DNA of 64,000 nucleotides from Pirellulaceae bacterium (GTDB taxonomy: Bacteria > Planctomycetota > Planctomycetia > Pirellulales > Pirellulaceae). How positions within the stretch are numbered: the first letter of the stretch is position 1; each line of letters begins with the position of its first letter. Under the pieces are notes generated by a model. The model worked only from the letters and a program-made list of their open reading frames with translations, was not told where the DNA came from and ran no database searches. Shown here piece after piece: positions 60,336 to 64,000 of the stretch. Location: assembly GCA_041399205.1 (NCBI GenBank), contig JAWKTK010000011.1, positions 122,448 through 186,447 on the forward strand, read 5' to 3'. The translations under genes were made by a program, and so were the position numbers.

Positions 60336-61664
60336 TTATGGGCCCGATGCCGATGCACTGGCCGCCGCGGATCCTCGAGTGAACACGTTGGTGAAGACAT
60401 TGAAGCCCAGCTGCTGTGCAAAGTAGCGAGACACTGCTTCCGACGGAGTTTCTTGCAGTAATAAGACGTCGCCTTCTTTCACCACAATGTTTTCTCGCGG
60501 ATCACGCAATGCTCGATTCAAGTCAACTCGGATGTTGACCTGGCCGCCACGCGGCGTTTTGCGGAGGACGGTCAGCAGACTGGGGTTGGGTCGTCCCAGA
60601 CCGTTGATTTGATTGATACCGTTGAAGTTGTTGGTCAACTGACCACCGCTCAAGATCGGACCACCCACGGCCAACACCGCTTCCACCACTCGCAGGTCAT
60701 AGTCACGAGGCAACGGTACTTGACGAGCAGGCATGAGACCGCCGGTGTAGTACACATCTGATTCACTGGCTGGCACGAACACGATGTCACCGCTTTGCAG
60801 TTTGACATCATCTTCGCTAAATGGCTTGGACGCGTTGGGTGGCAGTCGCAATGGAATCCGAATCGTTTGCCGTTTCGGTTTGGTGATCGTGCGTTCGTGG
60901 CTCCACGCCAGCTGATCGTCTTTTCCGGGAATCGATTCGTAGCCACGATAGACAATGATTTCATTCGCAGCACTCGGTCCCGGCAAGCCTCCGGTTCGCA
61001 CTAGGGCTCGTAAGACATCTGCGTGATTGCTGGGCAGCTCCAGTTCATTGCCTGTGCCTTGGGTTCGATTTCGAATTAGGCTAGCCGAAGTCACCAAACG
61101 GAAACCGGGATCTTCAATGTTAATTCTGGTGTTGGGCGAATCTTCACGCACCACCAAGATTCTCGCTCGACGCTGCAGTACCAGCGAAACGATGATGGGC
61201 ACTTTGCCTTTTTGGATCAACTGCTTGTCTTCTGTGTACGCTTTGGTAATCGCTGCTTCCGCTTCTTTGACCGTCATGCCTCGAACATTGATCGAATTGA
61301 CTTCGGTAAGCGTTACGGTGCCGTCTTCACGAACCGGGAACGGATAACCAAACGACGGCGGCACGTCGCCCGCGTCGGGGAAGTTGATGGGTGGCAGCTG
61401 GTTCGGATTGCCCAGATAGCCTTCGATGTAAACGCCCAGAATGTCGCCGGTATCTAAACGATACGGAAGTTCCGGCTGAGCCCGCAACCAAGATGGCGGA
61501 ATTTGCCGCAGTTCTTCTCGAGGTTCGGCCAGTAATTCGTCCGGCAACAGATGTGCGGGAACGCCGTTGGCAACCGGATTGGTAACTGACGCGCAGCCGG
61601 TAAACAGCAGCATGGCAGTTGCCAGGAAAAAGTAACTTCGTGGGATTGGCGATTGGTTCAGCAT
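60336..61664 (-). CDS. Wza-like polysaccharide export outer-membrane protein
   Basis: Lipoprotein-like signal peptide (LLFTGCAS). Poly_export motif YRLDTGDILGVYIEG. Repeated SLBB-like GD[IV]..[VL] segments (GDIVFVP, GDVLLLQ). Confidence 0.75.
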   Translation of the reverse strand: MLNQSPIPRSYFFLATAMLLFTGCASVTNPVANGVPAHLLPDELLAEPREELRQIPPSWLRAQPELPYRLDTGDILGVYIEGYLGNPNQLPPINFPDAGDVPPSFGYPFPVREDGTVTLTEVNSINVRGMTVKEAEAAITKAYTEDKQLIQKGKVPIIVSLVLQRRARILVVREDSPNTRINIEDPGFRLVTSASLIRNRTQGTGNELELPSNHADVLRALVRTGGLPGPSAANEIIVYRGYESIPGKDDQLAWSHERTITKPKRQTIRIPLRLPPNASKPFSEDDVKLQSGDIVFVPASESDVYYTGGLMPARQVPLPRDYDLRVVEAVLAVGGPILSGGQLTNNFNGINQINGLGRPNPSLLTVLRKTPRGGQVNIRVDLNRALRDPRENIVVKEGDVLLLQETPSEAVSRYFAQQLGFNVFTNVFTRGSAAASASASGP

Positions 61665-61717
61665 GATATTTCCGTACAGTCGAATGCTGTAAAAGGAGTA
61701 GCGCTGGGCGAATCGAG

Positions 61718-63016
61718 TTATCTCGCTTGCCAGTTATCGTTGGTCGTGTCGGTGTCCGATTCGTCCGGGATCGTTTCCAAGACGACGGGGCCTACGCTTT
61801 TCTGCAACGTGTTGCCATTTTCCGTTTCTGTGTTTCGAATCGGATTGGTCTTGAGTTGCGAACCACTAGGTCCAACCTGAACGGCGGCCCCAGCGAAAGG
61901 ATCGAATGCTTGCACTTGGGGTGTCCCGGGTTTTGCTTGTTTCGTCGCTGGCTTGTTTTGCCACGGCGGTAGCGGCGGCGAACGATCGTCCGTTTCAAAA
62001 GAAACCGGGTCCAGCAAGTCGTCACTGAGATCATCTTCCAGTAGATCGTTCGTTTCTTGCAGCAAGTCATTCAGCTGGCCGGAATCCTCCAACTCTTCCA
62101 ATTCGGGAAGTGCATCTTCCAGTTGCACATCGTCGTTCGCGCCAGGCAGTGGCAGTTCGTCCATTAAGTCACTGGAATTGTCAGAATCATCCAATCCAGG
62201 TTGCGGCGTATCACCTTCCAACAATGGATCTTCTGTCAGACTGTCATCTAACAATTGCTCGTCGGTTGCTTCTGCAGATTCGTCTTCCAACAAAATTGGT
62301 TCGTCTTCGACTGCATCGTCATTACCAGGAATATCAAGACCGCCATCGTCGCTGGGGTCTTCGGGTGCACGCTCCAACGCAGGTGTTGGAGTTGTCACTT
62401 GCGGAGTCAACTCGGGGCCAACGATGGACGGCTGCATCGGTTCGTCCATTGGCGAAGAAAGCTCCGGCCAATCCTGATTTGGCGCCGTTTGGTCAACTTC
62501 CCATTCTGGAACTTCTTCCGCGTTGTAGCCCAACAGCATGGACGAAGGAATGACCGCTCGTTGCCGATAGCCGCCATCACGAGCAACCTTGGCTCCGTGC
62601 GAAAAACCGTTGTACCAATCTTCCACTGCTTGGGTGCCACGCACGTTACGGTAACCAACTCGCCAAAATCGTCGAGGCGGAACGGGCGGCGGATCGGCTT
62701 CTCCACCGGCATACACTTGATCCACAAAACCTTGAATGAAACCGCTACCGTAATCCGAGGAATAGGTTCCGCCGGACTGCGTTGCCAATTGATTCCATTC
62801 CTGCTTGGCCCACCGCTTGTATTGTTGATTGGCTAACCGCCCGTCGGTGACTCGGGGATATCCGTGGAGTTCGCCATACATCGTGCGATACGCCAGTTGC
62901 ATAGGAGTGCAACCGACGCAAACCAGCAACAGAATTGCGAACCACAGGCAATTCGACCGCATCGGCGATAATTCGGCGCCGGGATAACGCATGTCGTTCA
63001 TCCGGTTGAAATTCAT
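61718..63016 (-). CDS. Hypothetical exported protein with an extremely acidic Asp/Glu/Leu-rich central region
   Basis: Signal peptide (LWFAILLLVCVGCTP), a folded N-terminal domain of about 150 aa, then a low-complexity DD/EE-rich tract, and a C-terminal basic/hydrophobic tail. Confidence 0.45.
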   Translation of the reverse strand: MNFNRMNDMRYPGAELSPMRSNCLWFAILLLVCVGCTPMQLAYRTMYGELHGYPRVTDGRLANQQYKRWAKQEWNQLATQSGGTYSSDYGSGFIQGFVDQVYAGGEADPPPVPPRRFWRVGYRNVRGTQAVEDWYNGFSHGAKVARDGGYRQRAVIPSSMLLGYNAEEVPEWEVDQTAPNQDWPELSSPMDEPMQPSIVGPELTPQVTTPTPALERAPEDPSDDGGLDIPGNDDAVEDEPILLEDESAEATDEQLLDDSLTEDPLLEGDTPQPGLDDSDNSSDLMDELPLPGANDDVQLEDALPELEELEDSGQLNDLLQETNDLLEDDLSDDLLDPVSFETDDRSPPLPPWQNKPATKQAKPGTPQVQAFDPFAGAAVQVGPSGSQLKTNPIRNTETENGNTLQKSVGPVVLETIPDESDTDTTNDNWQAR

Positions 63017-63456
63017 TGTTTATTGACCCTTTGCAGGTTCGCACGACGTGTTTTTCAGGATTGCGTCAAATCGACGAGCACGCATTCGCGAGTTCCCCCC
63101 GATTTGATAGGCGGCGGGAGAGTATCAAGTCAAAAAAAAGAAGTCCAGTCAGATTTGACTAAAGATTCAAATATTTTCCTTCCAACGCCCAAAAACGGCT
63201 CAATCTGAAGAAGATGCGTGCTTTAGCGAGCTTCTTCCTGGTGTTTTTCCGTGAATTCGACTGGGTTAAATGCAAAACATAGGCTGTCCTAAAAAAATAG
63301 AGATTCTTTTGCCAAAGTGCTTGCATTGCCAGCATTGCCGGTTATTATGAGACGAAATCGGCTGCTCGGAGCGTAGCCTTCATCCCCGGAACGGACGCCA
63401 ACAACGTTTGAGATTTTTGAAACTTTTGTTTTTGCATCCTAAGAGGAGGAACGCTA

Positions 63457-64000
63457 ATGACTCGGTGGGGAAAATTGGTTGCTTGTGTGTGCGCAGTCAC
63501 ACTTTCTAGTTTTGCTGGCAATATTTCAGCGAACATCATCACTTTTGACGTGATACCTGCTTACGCCCCTGTAGGCCCGAATTCGCCTAGCTGGAACGGT
63601 TACGTAAGCAATGCTTTACTGGGTATTCGATCGGGCGGTGTCCCGACGGGAGCAGGCCCAGATCGAGATGCGGATCCCACGTTCTACCAACCACTGGCTT
63701 TGAACGCGTTGGTTGATCCCAGCGAAATGATTTACACGCCATTTAACTCTTGGCGAGCCACAGCGACTCCGAATGCTTCGTTTACTGGCAATTCGGCAGT
63801 TTCCAGCGAATTTGGCAATCGCATTCACTTTGGTTTACATGTTGTTTCCGAACCCGGTTCGGAATTCGCCCTGAACGATCTGACTTGGGCGTTGGACAGC
63901 AATGATTCAGACGATTACTTTGATCAAGGCGGTTCGTTTGCCGGTGCTACCTACTCGTCCACGCGACTAGGTATCAACTACGGAACAGACGGAATCGCTG
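63457..64000 (+). CDS. Hypothetical secreted protein, 5' part; continues past the window end
   Basis: Strong AGGAGG Shine-Dalgarno 8 nt before the ATG at 63457. Signal peptide MTRWGKLVACVCAVTLSSFAGNISA. Open frame to the window end. Confidence 0.55.
   Translation, partial: MTRWGKLVACVCAVTLSSFAGNISANIITFDVIPAYAPVGPNSPSWNGYVSNALLGIRSGGVPTGAGPDRDADPTFYQPLALNALVDPSEMIYTPFNSWRATATPNASFTGNSAVSSEFGNRIHFGLHVVSEPGSEFALNDLTWALDSNDSDDYFDQGGSFAGATYSSTRLGINYGTDGIA

Overview
This 64-kb window looks like a chromosomal segment from a Planctomycetota-like bacterium (inferred from gene content, not tested). It is dense with housekeeping and cell-envelope genes and holds several unusual repeat structures.

Gene content, left to right:
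- topA, whose product ends in a lysine-rich, histone-like tail.
- A minus-strand exopolysaccharide locus: two GT2 glycosyltransferases, a Wzx-type flippase, a CpsD-like P-loop protein and a Wzz-like chain-length determinant.
- A frameshifted NAD-dependent epimerase.
- A flagellar export operon fliO-fliP(frameshifted)-fliQ-fliR-flhB followed by a flagellin gene.
- A membrane-anchored MutS domain V ATPase.
- The conserved ffh-rpsP-trmD-rplS cluster, without rimM.
- A 1244-aa secretin with a translationally coupled downstream lipoprotein and a convergent BON-domain protein.
- A flotillin/NfeD pair and a separate FloA.
- An ECF sigma/anti-sigma pair preceded by a textbook GGAAC-N17-CGTC promoter.
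- prfB carrying the canonical CTT TGA C programmed +1 frameshift.
- mnmA, tsaB, cspA with a clear intrinsic terminator, and a Wza-like exporter.
- Several large secreted proteins: a glycoside hydrolase with BNR repeats, a TPR/PQQ-propeller/HEAT protein, and an LRR-discoidin protein.

Most unusual observations:
1. Five copies of a 41-bp tandem repeat sit exactly at the fliQ/fliR junction. Each copy rebuilds the ATGA stop/start overlap, giving a chain of four 14-codon mini-ORFs between fliQ and fliR.
2. A 1.3-kb intergenic array of about five composite 250-300-bp units lies immediately upstream of the secretin gene. Each unit has a perfect 23-bp-stem hairpin, tandem 26-27-bp direct repeats, a segment complementary to them, and AT-rich micro-repeats. 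A diverged single copy of the same hairpin family at 46.2 kb shows compensatory stem changes.
3. A 785-aa secreted, Cys/Gly-rich protein is built from 14-residue ESYTVQVPVTETRE-type and TRTRTVPVT-type tandem repeats.
4. Two apparent frameshifts (fliP and an epimerase) lie within about 3.5 kb of each other.

No CRISPR arrays, rRNA or convincing tRNA genes were recognised by eye.
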